Source: Malacoraja senta
Lineage: Eukaryota
Direction of reading: 5' to 3'
NCBI GenBank assembly: GCA_038087875.1
Contig: CM075988.1
Location: 23,252,001 to 23,316,000 of the forward strand
Length of the DNA: 64,000 bases
Shown here: one piece after another, positions 12,590 to 25,828 of the stretch
Position numbering within the stretch: position 1 is the first letter of the stretch
Layout of the letters: the number at the start of each line of letters is the position of its first letter
Notes under the pieces: generated by a model
The model's database searches: none
Told to the model about the DNA's origin: nothing
Seen by the model: only the letters and a program-made list of their open reading frames with translations
Position numbers and translations under genes: made by a program

Positions 12590-13157
12590 GTCTGAAGAAG
12601 GGTTTCGGCCCGAAACGTTGCCTATTTCCTTCGCTCCATAGCTGCTGCTGCACCCGCTAAGTTTCTCCAGCATTTTTGTGTACCATGGATAATCACTAGG
12701 CAATCTGTCCTTTGTTATGTGGTAATGAGATGATTATTAGTTGGAGAGAATTTCACTTTCTCCTCTTTGAATGGTGCCTGGAGTCACTTAAATCTACTTG
12801 AAATAGTGACTGGTGTTTTCATTTGCTGTCTCTCTGCACTGACTCAAATAGTCGAACTAAGTTCTCAGCAGTGAACCCGCAGTCTCGTGACTCTGGAGTT
12901 GAGACATCGTTACCATAACGCTGCCAATACCGGAGGGCACAAATTATCCGAAGACTGGATAGACAAGGACAAAGTCCCCTGAAGCAAAGGAGGCTGAGGG
13001 GCGACCTCATAGTGTTTGAGCAATTGTTCAACAAGTACTCCCGCGTATATAATAACACTTTTACATTAATGAGAAAAATCCATAGGAATTTCATGGAACA
13101 TTATGAGGACTTATTTAAAACGTATTTTAAAAGCAGTCCTTTAAAAGCAGATGGGGA

Positions 13158-14096
13158 AGGCAAAAAAACTTATACTTAAATTTTGGAAAAATACCAACGC
13201 TTAAAATGTGGATTTCAAACATGTTGGACACCGCACATCTTGAAGAAATGCGAATCCTCCTAACAGACAAAACAGACCAATTCTTAACAAGTTGGTCTCC
13301 ATTTATCGACTTCTTGGAAGCATATGGTGCAACAAAATCGTAGAAACCAACTGTTTCAGGACTGGGTGAAGGATGGTCAAAAGATTATCGGCTCCCCTCT
13401 CCTCACCTTGAAGGACCTACACAGTTCCCACTGTCTGAAAAAATCCAAGAAGATCATAAAGGACACACTCCACCCTGGTCACTCCCTGTTTGTACTGCTG
13501 CCGTCAGGCAGACGGTACAGATCAATGAGGACAAGGACAAACAGACTCAAAAACAGTTTTTATCCCACAGCTATAAATACACTAAATGTAGCCACCAAAT
13601 GAGTACAGGTGCGCTACACACCAAAGGGACTGGGAAATCGACAGAAGAATGTGTTTTTTTTCATGTTATTTATTTGAGTTGTTTATCTTAGACTTTTGCT
13701 CTTAGAAAATGTATGCACTGACTGGTTGGCATTTCTAATTTCGTTGTACATGTTTACATGTTATAATGACAATAAAGTATTCATTCATTCATTCATTCAT
13801 TCATTCATTCATTCATAAATAACTATCTCCTATAATCTACTCTCTACTCCCTCTCTTTCTCTCTCTTTTTTTTTACTCCCCCTCTTTCCCCCCTTTTCCT
13901 TTTCACACACCAATACATCACACGTTTTTCTAATTTTTTATTACCTATTCTCACTTTCTCTCTTTTAATATTAAAGGAAAAAAAATATGAAGCTGTACAC
14001 GAAATTTAACATGCCAATATATATATTAGGCACCTTGGTGCCACATTACTGTACTTACTTCTAATAAAATTAAAATATTAAAAAAAAATTTTTTTT
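13158..14096 (+). mobile_element. L1-clade 3' fragment with TSD; nested Rex1-like fragment ~13365-13815
   Basis: KKLILKFWK...WISNMLDTAHLEEMR...DQFLTSWSPFIDFLE; TSD AAGCAGATGGGGA; nested LLPSGRRYRSMRTRTNRLKNSFYPTAI with (ATTC)n tail. Confidence 0.75.
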
Positions 14097-14996
14097 TAAG
14101 CAGATGGGGATTATACGCATTAATCTTAAACACATTAAGGGCGGCACGGTGGTGCAGCGGCAGTGCGACTGCTTTGCACGGAAACAGGCCTTCATGTCAG
14201 AACCCTTCTTCACTTTGCTTCATGTTCAGCACGGACAACCGTGGGCCAAAGAGACTCTGAAGAGTCTCGACCCAAAACGTCACCCATTCCTTCTCTCCAG
14301 AGATGCTGCCTGTCCCGCTGAGTTAATCCAGCATTTTTGTATCTTTCTTCGGTTTAAACCAGCATCTGCAGTTCCTTCTTGCAATAACCTACTATCTACC
14401 TCATTGGAAACCCTCGGGTTATCTGTGATCGGACTTTACGGGATCTTGTCTTGCACTAAACGTTATGCATGTTATCCCCTTATAAGAGAAGTCTGTGGAA
14501 TTCTCTGCCTCAGAGGGCGGTGGAGGCCGGTTCTCTGGATGCTTTCAAGAGAGAGCTAGATAGGGCTCTTAAAAATAGCAGAGTCAGGGGATATGGGGAG
14601 AAGGCAGGAATGGGGTACTGATTGGGGATGATCAGCCATGATCACATTGAATGGCGGTGCTGGCTCGAAGGGCCAAATGGCCTACTCCGGCACCTATTGC
14701 CTATTGTCTATTGTCATAATGTATCTACACACTGTGGGTGGCTCGATTGTAATCATGTGTTGTTTTTTCCGCTGACTTGTTAGCAGGCAACAAAGCTTTT
14801 CACTCTACCTTGGTAAACGTGACAATAAACTAAACTCAACTCCACACAAGACGATAGCTCATTTGCTTCTCTATAGTTTAGGTTACCTTTGAGTTCTCCG
14901 GTTGCCTATAGAACAACTTTTGTAGCTATCTGCGGGAGTTTGTGCAGAGGAGATTCTGCTGATTTCAGCTGGCAAGATACATGATGCCAAAAATCA

Positions 14997-15280
14997 CAGC
15001 GCCGGAGACCCGGGTTCGATCCTGACTACGGGTGCTGTCTGTGCAGAGTTTGTACGCTCTCCCCGCGAACTGCGTGGGTTTTCTCCGAGATCGGTTTCCT
15101 CCCACACTCCAAAGACGTGCAGGTTTGTAGGTTAATTACAAGGCTTGGTAAATGTTTTTTAAAAACTTGTCCCTGGTGTGTGTAGGATAGTGTTAGTGTG
15201 CGGGGATCGCTGGTCGGCGCGGACCCGGTGGGCCGAAGGGCCTGTTTCCGCGCTGTATCTCTATACTAAACTAAGCTAAA
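14997..15280 (+). mobile_element. HE1-like SINE (5'-truncated) followed by PLE terminus
   Basis: B box GGTTCGATCC, SINE body and CTAAA tail. Confidence 0.85.
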
Positions 15281-16659
15281 TCAGTCTGAAGAAGGGTCGC
15301 GACCCGAAATGTCGCCTATTCCTTCTCTCCTAGATGCTGCCTCACCCGCTGAGTTTCTCCAGCATTTCTTTGTCCACTTTAAACTAAACTAAACATCCTT
15401 CTGATGACTCAGGCGAAGGAGTTTCACTGACGGAGAAACAAGCCCAACTCTGGTAAGGTTCCATGTTTGGTGCCTGACAAATGTTCTTTTATTGTTTGAA
15501 CAACGTGGCATTATGTAAAACAAACATAAGTAATTCACATTCTCCCAGAGATTTTGACTCAATTATGCGGTTTAGTACAATTGACTGGTAATTAGAAAGA
15601 GAATACCAAACGATGATGTGAAATTACACTGCAAGGAATTAGTCACCTGGCAGGTTGGCAAAGGGATGTATTTAGCTGACAAATTAGCTCTTTCTTTGAT
15701 GCCCATCATTAAAAAAAAGTGACTAGTCCTTTATGTGTCATTCACCTTATGGTGCATTCATTGCTTAGTCAATGGTAGCACCTTTTAAGAAAAACAACTT
15801 ATTTAACATATTTATTTCAATTGAATATCCAATTCAATGTAGATTAATTGGCTTCTGTAAAAATTGTAATTTCCCTTGTGTGTAGTAGGATAGTGTATGT
15901 GTGATCATTGGTCGGTGCGGACTCGGTGGGCCAAAGGGCCTGTTTCCGCGCTGTATCTCCAGACTAAACGAAACAAAACTATCTTTAATTTGAATCTTTA
16001 GGACGTTATCTCTAAATGTTGTACCCTGTATTTGTACACTCGACATGGCTTCATTATAATCATGTATAGTCTTTTCTTTTGCTGGAAACAATGCAAACAA
16101 AAGATTTTTCACTGTACCTCGGTACACGTGGCTTTAATAAACTAAACTAATCCGTGTACGTTGATCATAACCGCGTGGTCTAGTAATCTGTATGTGGAGC
16201 TCTGTATTTCACAGAAACAAAGCTAGGAATAGCAGTTATTTCTGGAATGGAGAGTATTGAATTGGGCCATATTACAAATTTAACTGGCTTATTTTGGTGC
16301 AAGTTGTTCTTGCACCGTTGAACTGATTTCTGGATGGATGTGTGTGCAGTTATATCATTCCCCTTGCGATAGCCATCTCGAGCGTTGCTTGGGAGATCTG
16401 GTCAGGTCCTTGTGTCCCTCAGTGCTACCAACTGAGCAGGTCTTTCCGCTGACTGGTTGGCACGCAACAAAAGCTTTTCACTGTACCTCGGAACACGTGA
16501 CAATAAACTAAACTAAACTAAGGTCCCCCACTCTGCACCAAGTAAATCCAGGTCACATTATTTACCTCCTCACCTGATGCCCTCACCTCTCTAGGACCTG
16601 TTTCCATTCCTACACCCACCCCTTCAGATCCCCTGTGGTTCTAGCTATGATTCTCGCTA

Positions 16660-16950
16660 TGACTAGTCCCGACCAGAGGGCCTGTACACCGGGCCGTCCG
16701 TAGCGGTGACTGCGGAGGTTTATGGCCCCGACCACGGTGAACAAGGGAGGAGGACTGACTGTACTTTGTGCCTTCCACCACAGTGAAGAATGCTGTGGTG
16801 AATGTTTGTGTTAAATTTTATTGTGTATTGTGTGTTCTTTTTTGATTGTCCCGCTGCTGGCAAGTTCATTTCACTGCACTTATATGTGTATGTGATGAAT
16901 AAAACTGATTGGTTGATTGGTTGATTGGTTGATTGGTTGGTTGATTGGTT
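16660..16950 (+). mobile_element. Non-autonomous retroposon 3' part with (GATTGGTT)n tail
   Basis: GCCTTCCACCACAG module, AATAAA and tandem tail. Confidence 0.5.
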
Positions 16951-17689
16951 CAGGGATAATTTCTTCCCAGCTGTTATCAGGCAACTGAACCATCCTATCA
17001 AGAACATCCCATCAAGACCATCCATCCTATAAAGAACAGCCTGACTTCCCATTGACCTTGTTCGAACTATCTTTAATCTGACTTTACTGGACATTATCTT
17101 GCACACCGATCACCCGTACACTAGTTGTTTAAGAAAGAACTGCAGATGCTGGAAAAATCGAAGGTGGACCGGAAGAAGGGTCTCGACCCGAAACATCGCC
17201 TATTCCCCCTCTCCATAGATGCTGCCTCACCCGTACACTAGTTCTATGTTATCCCATTTTCACATGCTACACACTAGGGGCAATTTACAGAAGGCAATCA
17301 ACCTACACATCTTTGCAGTGAGGGAGGAAACCGGAGCACCTGGAGATAACCCACACACGCAGGTCATGGGGAGAACGTACAAACTCCGTAAAGACAGCAC
17401 CCGTTGTCAACATCGAACCCGAGTCTCTGGCGTGGTAAGGCAGCAACGCCACTGCTGCATCACCGTGCCGCCCTCAATACCATTGGTGCTGAAGATAATT
17501 GGGAGATCGGGTTAGAGACCAAAGTTGTTGAATTCTTGAGACTGGAAAACTGCAAATGAGCTTGTGGGTAGCTTCAGCGGAACAGCGTGGCAGATGAAGG
17601 ACAGAGGGGAAAATGAGGTGGAAAGGTGAAGTGGTAAGTGACTGGAAGTTGAGGGTCACAAGTACGGAGTGATCGGTGGACCGAACACC

Positions 17690-17983
17690 ACAGTCCCACC
17701 CGGCTCGGACCTGGGTCGCCCTGTACCGGCTCCGTACTGGGGTCAGCCGGTTCAAGGCCAACATGCATCACTGGGGGCTGCGTTTATCAGCAGCCTGCGT
17801 GTGTGGAGCAGACCAGCAAACAGCGCAGCAGCACGTTATGTTCGACTGCGCTGTCCTCCGCCCCCCTGGTGGAGGGGTTAGACCTCACGGCCCTCGACCA
17901 CAGCACATTGAACTGGCCACAGTGCCTGGAGGGCATTACATAACCTCTGCTGCCTCAAACACAAGAAGAAGAAGAAGAAGAAG
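17690..17983 (+). mobile_element. 3' end of an I-group (Vingi/Ingi-like) or RTEX-like LINE
   Basis: WVALYRLRTGVSRFKANMHHWGL...CVCGADQQTAQQHVMFDC (CCHC-like knuckle), then (AAG)n tail. Confidence 0.6.
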
Positions 17984-18320
17984 CTGGTGGCATTCCTGTA
18001 AATCTTCAACAGGCTGCTTTATCTATCGTAGAAAAGGCTAAATAATTGTTGTATGAAAGTGAACGATGCACATATATTTTCTCCGTAGCTGTTGGTAATC
18101 CTAAACTTGTCCCACCAGCCAGCAAGACAGCAGGCCTCCATTTAGCCAGGATTATCACGTAATTAGAGGTTAACCTGCGATGGGTGACTCACCTCCTCAC
18201 AACCCAAGGCCTTTAAACCACCCACAATGCAGAAGGCAGGAATGTGATGGGATATACATTCCCTTTGCCCAAAGCTATGAACTTTCTACAGCACTTGAGA
18301 AACTCAACGCATTCCAAAAC

Positions 18321-19570
18321 ATGGGTGAGACCAAGCGGAGGCTTGGCGATCGTTTCGCCGAACACCTCCGGTCGGTCCGCAATAACCAACTTGACCTCCC
18401 GGTGGCTCAGCACTTCAACTCCTCCTCCCATTCCGTATCTGACCTCTCTGTCCTGGGTCTCCTCCATGGCCACAGCGAGCAACACAGTAAATTGGAGGAA
18501 ATGCACCTCATATTCCGCTTGGGCAGTCTACATCCTGGGGGCTTGAACATTGAATTCTCCCAATTCTGCTAGCCCTTGCTGTCCCCTCCCCTTCATAGAT
18601 ACATAGATACATAGAAAATAGGTGCAGGAGTAGGCCGTTCGGCCCTTCGAGCCTGCACCGCCATTCAATACGATCATGGCTGATCATCCAACTCAGTATC
18701 CCGTACCTGCCTTCTCTCCATACCCCCTGATCCCTTTAGCCACAAGGGCCACATCTAATTCCCTCTTAAATATAGCCAATGAACTGGCCTCAACTACCCT
18801 CTGTGGCAGAGAGTTCCAGAGATTCACCACTCTCTGTGTGAAAAAGTTTTTCCTCATCTCGGTCTTAAAGGATTTCCCCCTTATCCTTAAGCTGTGACCC
18901 CTTGTCCTGGACTTCCCCAACATCGGGAACAGTCTTCCTGCATCTAGCCTGTCCAACCCCATAAGAATTTTGTACGTTTCTATAAGATCCCCTCTCAATC
19001 TCCTAAATTCTAGCGAGTATAAGCCAAGTCTATCCAGTCTTTCTTCATATGAAAGTCCTGACATCCCAGGAATCAGTCTGGTGAACCTTCTCTGCACTCC
19101 CTCTATGGCTATAATGTCCTTCCTCAGATTTGGAGACCAAAACTGTACGCAATACTCCAGGTGTGGTCTCACCAAGACCCTGTACAACTGCAGTGGAACC
19201 TCCCTGCTCCTATACTCAAATCCTCTTGCTATGAAGGCCAACATACCATTCGCTTTCTTCACTGCCTGCTGCACCTGCATGCCTACTTTCAATGACTGGT
19301 GTACCATGACACCCAGGTCTCGCTGTATCTCCCCATTTCCTAATCGGCCACCATTTAGATAATAGTCTGCCTTCCCGTTTTTGCTACCAGCCCTCTGGTT
19401 GCCTCCTCCCCTCCCCCAGCCCTCGGGCTCCTCCTCCGCCTTTTTCCTTTTTTCCTTTCTTCTCCCCACCCCCTATTAGTCTGAAGAAGGGTTTCGGCCC
19501 GAAACGTTGCCTATTTCCTTCGCTCCATAAATGCTGCTGCACCCGCTGAGTTTCTCCAGCATTTTTGTGT
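18321..19570 (+). mobile_element. Penelope-like element 3' part: GIY-YIG endonuclease C-terminus + 3' UTR with hammerhead-like core, interrupted by CR1
   Basis: GETKRRLGDRFAEHLRSV...VAQHFN...LEE.HLIFRLGSLHPGGLN* (stop at 18572); UTR resumes at ~19385; CTGAAGAAGGGTTTCGGCCCGAAACGTT at 19481-19508. Confidence 0.9.
18595..19390 (-). mobile_element. CR1 LINE 3' portion inserted in the PLE
   Basis: Minus-strand ORF with LVRPHLEYCVQFWSP...GYGEKAGTGY; (TATCTATG)n tail. Confidence 0.95.
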
Positions 19571-19609
19571 GCATTCCAAAACAGTCTGGCTGTTTGACTG
19601 ATGCCCAAT

Positions 19610-19980
19610 TCACCATCTTAAACATTCAATCCACCTTCCACCAGCACATAATGATGCACCTATGTGTGTATCACCTACATATATAATGCACTACAACTAC
19701 TTGCCCGGACTACTTCAACTGCAGTTCCCAAACATACAACTACTGCCTCCAACAGGTGAATGAGACCACCCCCCATGCTAGGTACCCTTCCAAGTTCAAG
19801 TCTTCAGGTCTGTGCACCTGTACCTCACCGTACCTGTGCATATGCCAACAAACTCGACGACTTGAGGAGCTCCTTCCCCAGCAGCACAGTGCGAGCACTT
19901 TCACCAGAAGAATACAAGATGGTGTCTCATCACCATCTTCTCAAGGGCAATTGGCAATGGGCCTCGCCAACGACACCAGT
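19610..19980 (+). mobile_element. Old degraded LINE 3' end
   Basis: Ends CACCATCTTCTCAAGGGCAATT...GGCCTCGCCAACGAC, resembling a common elasmobranch LINE terminus (recalled). Confidence 0.4.
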
Positions 19981-20074
19981 GAACGCTGTCTCTATGTTCA
20001 TAGTTGAAAAGTTCATAAGTGATAAGAGCAGAATTAGGCCATTCGGCCCATCAAGTCCACTCTGCCATTCAAGC

Positions 20075-20800
20075 CCTTAACAAGATTGTTAAGGGCTTGG
20101 ACACACTAGAGGCAGGGAACATGTTCCCGATGTTGGGGGAGTCCAGAACCAGGGACCACAGTTTAAGAATAAGGAGTAAGCCATTTAGAACGGAGACGAG
20201 GAAACACTTTTTATCACAGAGAGTGGTGAGTCTGTGGAATTTTCTGCCTCAGAGGGCGGTGGAGGCAGGTTCTCTGGATGCTTTCAAGAGAGAGCTAGAT
20301 AGGGCTCTTAAAAATAGCGGAGTCAGGGGATATGGGGAGAAGGCAGGAACGGGGTACTGATTGGGGATGATCAGCCATGATCACATTGAATGGCGGTGCT
20401 GGCTCGAAGGGCCAAATGGCCTACTCCTGCACCTATTGTCTATTGTCTATTGTCAACCATGGCTGATCTATCTTTCCTTCTCAAGCCCATTTTCCTGCCT
20501 CTCCCCATAACCCCTGACACCTGTATTAATCAAGGATCCATCTATCTCTGCCTTAAAAATATCGATTGACTTGGCCTCCACAGCTTTCCGTGACAATGAA
20601 TTCCACCAATTCACCACCCTCTGACTAAAGAAATTCCTCCCCATCTCCTTCCTAAGGTAACATCCTTTTATTCTGAGGCTGTGGCCTCTGGTCCTAGACT
20701 CTCCCACTAGTCTCTCCCACATCCTCTCCACAACCACTCTATCCAGGCCTTTCACTATTTAATACGTTTCAATGAGGTCCCACCTCATCCATCTAAACTC
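20075..20800. mobile_element. Two tail-to-tail CR1 3' fragments (+ 20075-20455; - 20455-20800)
   Basis: KGLDTLEAGNMFPMLGESRTR... on +; MKGLDRV...RGYGE on -. Confidence 0.85.
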
Positions 20801-21065
20801 CACTCTTCTGCTTTGCCCCCTTCTTGTCCAACACGATGTGATTAGTCAAGTCAAGTCAAGGCAAGAGAGTTTATTGTCTTGTGTCCCAGATAGGACAATT
20901 AAATTCTTACTTGCTGCAGCACAACAGAGTATTGTAATGGCCCTGTCCCTGTCTGGTCGAGACCCTTCTGTAGACAGAGAGTCAGGGGAAAGGGAAACGA
21001 GAGATATAGACGGTGATGTAGAGAGATATAGAACAAATGAATGAAAGATATGCAAAAAAAAAGTA

Positions 21066-21395
21066 TAGCCCTGTCCCACGGTGCGAGTTCATTCCAGGAG
21101 CTCTCCCGAGTTTAAAAAAAATCAAACTCGCGGTAAGCACGGAGAATGAACGTAGCGGGTACGTCGGAGCTCGGGGACGTCTCTTAGCAGCTCGTAACGC
21201 TAGCGGCAGGTACTCAGGAAGACTCGCTAACGGCAGGTAAGCACGGGAAGACTCGTGAAGATTTTTCAACATGATGAAAAATGTCCACGAGAGCCCCGAG
21301 TACCGACGAGCGGCCATTACTGTAAATCTCCGAGTTCGAATCAGGGCAAACTCGGGAGAGCTCTTGGAATGAACTCGTACCGTGGGACAGGGCTT
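21066..21395. mobile_element. PIF/Harbinger-like MITE
   Basis: ~45-bp TIR AGCCCTGTCCCACGGT(A/G)CGAGTTCATTCCA.GAGCTCTCCCGAGTTT; TAA on right; homologous copies at 45.9, 47.5 and 53.5 kb have 3-bp TTA/TAA TSDs. Confidence 0.8.
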
Positions 21396-21917
21396 TAAGC
21401 ATGTGTCCCCCACTGGTGACGTTCCTCTCTTGCGCAAATGCTTTAACGGAACTGCTATTGCTATATTTCATACACTTTTTCTGTAGTCTGTAGTCTGGAG
21501 TTTGGGAGGTGTGGTGGGAAGTGGAGGGGGAATTGGCAAGAGAACTCGGTACACAAGCCTCCACATGACGGAAAGCCACACCTAGTGACTGATCATTGTC
21601 GTGCTACTTCTGCAGCTGGTGAAAGATCTACATTTCTTGATGTCCCCAGGAATTGGAACGGAGTGACAGTGGCAAAGTGCAGCAGGTGGAATCTCGGTGG
21701 TGACAAGCCGAGGCATGCATCACTTGGCCAACACCTGCTTAACCGCAGTGTCTCAGTTCACACCTGCCTCCTTCACTACACCCCTACTCCCCGTCAATGG
21801 GAATTCCATGCTGGCACATTGGGGGGCAGGGTCTGGTGAAGTCGCCCCTCAAACCCAGAGAAGGGATATCACCTCAGGGGGGCCACATGTGTGGCAAGGG
21901 TGCCTGGTGTAATGATA

Positions 21918-22695
21918 GCTTAGTTTAGTTTCGTTTAGAGATACAGCGAGGAAACAGGCCCTTCGAGTCCATGCTGAACAGCGATACCCCAGCGCACTAA
22001 CAATATCCTGCACACACTGGGTATAATTTACAATTATACCGGCCAATTAGCCTACAAGCCTTGGAGGAAACCGGAGATACAGAAGAAAATCCAGGCAGGT
22101 CACGGGGAGAATGTACACGCTCCATACAGACAGCACCAGTAGTCAGGATCGTAGCTGGGTCTCTGGCGCTGTGAAGCAGTAACTCTACCGCTGCGCGCCC
22201 AGTGTTCTGTGAACACTACTAAAGACATTAAATAGAAACATAAAAACATAGAAAATAGGTGCAAGAGGAGGCCATTCGGCCCTTTGAGCCAACACCGCCA
22301 TTCATTGCGATCATGGCTGATCGTCCCCAATCAATAACCCGTGCCTGCCTTCTCCCCATATCCCTTGATTCCACTAGCCCCTCGAGCTCTATCTAACTCT
22401 CTTAAATCCATCCAGTGCAGCGCCAGAGACCCGGGTTCGATCCCAACTATGGGTGCTGTCTGTACGGGGTTTGCACGTTCTCCCCGAGACCCACGTGGGT
22501 TTCCTCGCCGATCTTCGGTTTCCTCCCACACTCCAAAGACGTGCAGGTTTGTAGGTTAATTGGCTTGGTGTAAGTGTAAATTGTCCCTAGTGTGTGTAGG
22601 ATAGTGTTAATGTGCGGGGATCGCTGGTCGGCGTGGACCCGTTGGGCCGAAGGGCCTGTTTCCGCGCTGTATCTCTAAACTAAACTAAACTAAAA
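21918..22695. mobile_element. Cluster: HE1-like SINE (-), CR1 3' end (-), HE1-like SINE (+)
   Basis: SINE body/tail motifs at 21918-22197 (-) and 22417-22695 (+); CR1 tail at 22233-22416. Confidence 0.8.
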
Positions 22696-25600
22696 CTTTA
22701 ATCAACGCTAATGAATGTATGTGTAGCCGCTGAGAATGTAGGAAGAGATTTTGCACAGTTCTTGTTTTGTATATATTTTTTTTAATTCTGAATATAGTTT
22801 CAGTAAGTTTGTGAATGGCGACACCTATATCCCTGAGAAACTGGGCTTGAGACTTAATTGGGGAAAGAAACTGAGTAACTGCAGAGTGGCAGTGAGATTT
22901 ATAGGGAGATATTAAATGCAGATGAGAACATAGAGCATACAGTGGCAGAACAGGCCCTTTGGCACACGATGTCCGTGCCAAACATGAAGCCAAGCTAAAC
23001 TAACCTCACCTTCCCACACCCGATCTGCACCCCTCCATTCCCTAATCAGATCAAAGGATTCTGGAAATACTCCCAGGTTGGTTAGAGTATGTTGAGAGGA
23101 AAATTGAGTTAACATCAATAACCATTCATGAGAACTGGTCTTGAAAGAGAGGTAAGAGATTCTGCATAAACAAGTCTCGATCATTCATATCTCACATCTG
23201 TTGTAGCCTCGGGCATTGTCATTGAACTTTCAGAAGCTGGACACCAGCCCGCTGACCTTCTTGTTCTCCTGTGGACCTTTACCCACCTCCGAACATCAGG
23301 ACTTTATCCCCCAGGCAGTTAGTGAGCAGGTTTCATCAGAAGATCTTCCTTCCACAGCTTCTTCCGCAAAGCCACACTTCTCACCTCTATCTCCTCCCCG
23401 AGATCCACAGACAAGAGTCGCAGACGGCTGTGGAGGCCAAGTCATTGGGGATTTTTAAGGCAGAGATTGACAGCTTCTTGGTTAGTAAGGGTGTCAGGGG
23501 TTACAGGGCGAAGGCGGGTGAGTGGGGTTGAGAGGGAAGGATAGATCAGCCATGATTGAATGGCGGAGTAGATTTGATGGGCCGAATGGCCTGATTCTGC
23601 CACATCCACTCAGTCCCTTCATCTAATTCATGAACATGAATTGTAAATAGTTGAGGCTCTCCACTGATCCTGTGGTACACCTCATTAGTTGTAACTTGCC
23701 AACCTGGAAATGATCAGTCGAAATAAAGAACTGCAGATGCGATCTTTATATCAAAGATAGACACAATGTGCTGGAATAACTCAGTGGGTCAGGCAGCATT
23801 TCTGGAGATAAAGGATAAGTGACAATTCAGGTTGGGACCTTTCTTCACATTCTGAAGAAAGCCCTCGATCCAAAATGTCACCTATCATTTTTCTCCAGAG
23901 ATGCTGCCTGACCTGCTGAGTTACTCCAGCACTTGAAGTGATCAATTTATCTCAGCTCGCGATTTTCTCACTAATTAGCTAATTGGGAGTAAGGAATTTT
24001 GTAAACTTTATTCTTTACCCTTTGGATGCGTTTAAATCTTGTTTTAATCAGAACATTGGATAGTGGTTCAGCCATGCGAGGGGGATAATGGAGGCTGGCA
24101 ACAATGCAGATAAATATGACAGATTCAGCAATCACAAACAAGAGACCTCAACATTGTTTCCATAAATGACCTTTTGCTCCAATTTGCATTGCACTCCAGT
24201 AATCACGGGATAACTTAAGTGCTGGAGTCTCGTTAAGTAAAATATTAACAGCTTGATCCCAAATGGATGAGTTATTTAGTAATAATAATATGTATAAAAC
24301 ACTGAAAATTTGCCATCAACTGGTGATTACAAATATTCTGTTGCTGGCTTATACATTTATGATAATGGTCCCTGACATTGATTTGCACCTCTTTTATTCC
24401 CTCTGTAACTTCAAGTTAACTTGCCTTTCATTAATCTTGCTGTTAGGGCAATGCCTACACTTCTAAATAAACATAAGTGTTTTGACTGGATTATCTTAAT
24501 GATTGGAGATTCACTGACTTCCTTGTACAAACGATAGGAATGTTGAGTGGATTTTACCTCAGCGGTTTTATGCGGTGAAAATGCATTTGTTCAGGTAAGT
24601 GCACATTATTTAATGTCACTTTAATCTACAGCTCTAATCTATAGTTTGTTTTCAACGCCATATCTCTATTCATGAGTGAGATGCTTCCAGTCTTCCACAT
24701 TTTATCTCTGTTTTCTTTGTTGTTACCTTCTCCTAGCTAGCAATGATCTATTCTACATTTTCCTGCATCTCCATCCCCTTTGCCCCTGTTTTCCACCTTA
24801 CACTTCCTTATCTCTGTACCTCCCTCTCCCCTAACTCAATCTGAAGAAGGGTCTTGACCCGAAACGTCACCCATTCGTTCTATCCAGAGATGCTGCCTGT
24901 CCCGCTGAGTTACTCCAACAATTTACAGAAGCCAATTAACCTCCAAACCCACACGTCTTTGGGATGTGGAAGGAAATCGGACCACCCCCCCCCCCCAACC
25001 AGAGAAAACCCACACGGTCACAGGGAGAACGTGCAAACTCCATACAGACAGCACCCATAGTCGGGATCGAACCCGGGTCTTTGGCGCTGTAAGGCAGCAA
25101 CTCTACAGCTGCACCACCTTGCTGCCGACAGAGCTGCTGGCTCACAGCGCCTGAGACCCGTTCAATCCTGACTACGGGTGCTGTCTGTGCAGAGTTGATT
25201 CACACTGAAATCCTTATCTCTGTGCTTCAAATATTCTTGGCTCTCCGTCGGTTAACTTTTACTTTCATCAATGGGATTAACTGTTCTTTCAAAACTAATT
25301 GATGCAGATTAATTGTTGGCTGCTCTCCACTAACTCACAATTACTTGTCCTGTCCAGACAGTTTTTAAGCTTTCACTTGTCAGTCACAAAAATAACATTG
25401 TGTAAGAAGGAACTGCAGATGCTGGTTTAAACCGAAGATAGAGACAAAAATAGCTGGAGCAACTCAACGGGACAGGCAGCATCTCCCAGAGAGAAGGAAT
25501 GGATGACGTTTTGGGTCGAGACTCTTCTTCAGAGTCTAGATTATAAAAATAACATTGCTAGCCTGATTCACTGTCTGTCCTTTAGTTTCTTTAAAAAATA

Positions 25601-25828
25601 ACCGCATTGCGCTGGGAAAGGAAGCTTTCAGACCCATGCCATTAACCTGTCCACTGCCGAGTATTATTTTTCATTATTGGTCATGGCCCGAATATATTTG
25701 GGGTGAGGGTTGTGGCACTGAACAGGTTAATCTGCTTGTGTCTGGCTATCACGTCAATGGAGGAAAAGAAGAAGTTCATGGAGAAAAGGGACATGTTTTT
25801 GTGCAAATCTTCTCAAATTTCTTCTCAC

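Noticed and set aside
15401..15460. CTGATGA...GAAAC...GTA possible additional hammerhead
   Set aside because: Stems II and III do not close properly; probably chance
24447..24600. Strong donor CAG|GTAAGT with upstream TTAG acceptor
   Set aside because: All three frames contain stops; a non-coding exon cannot be supported from sequence alone
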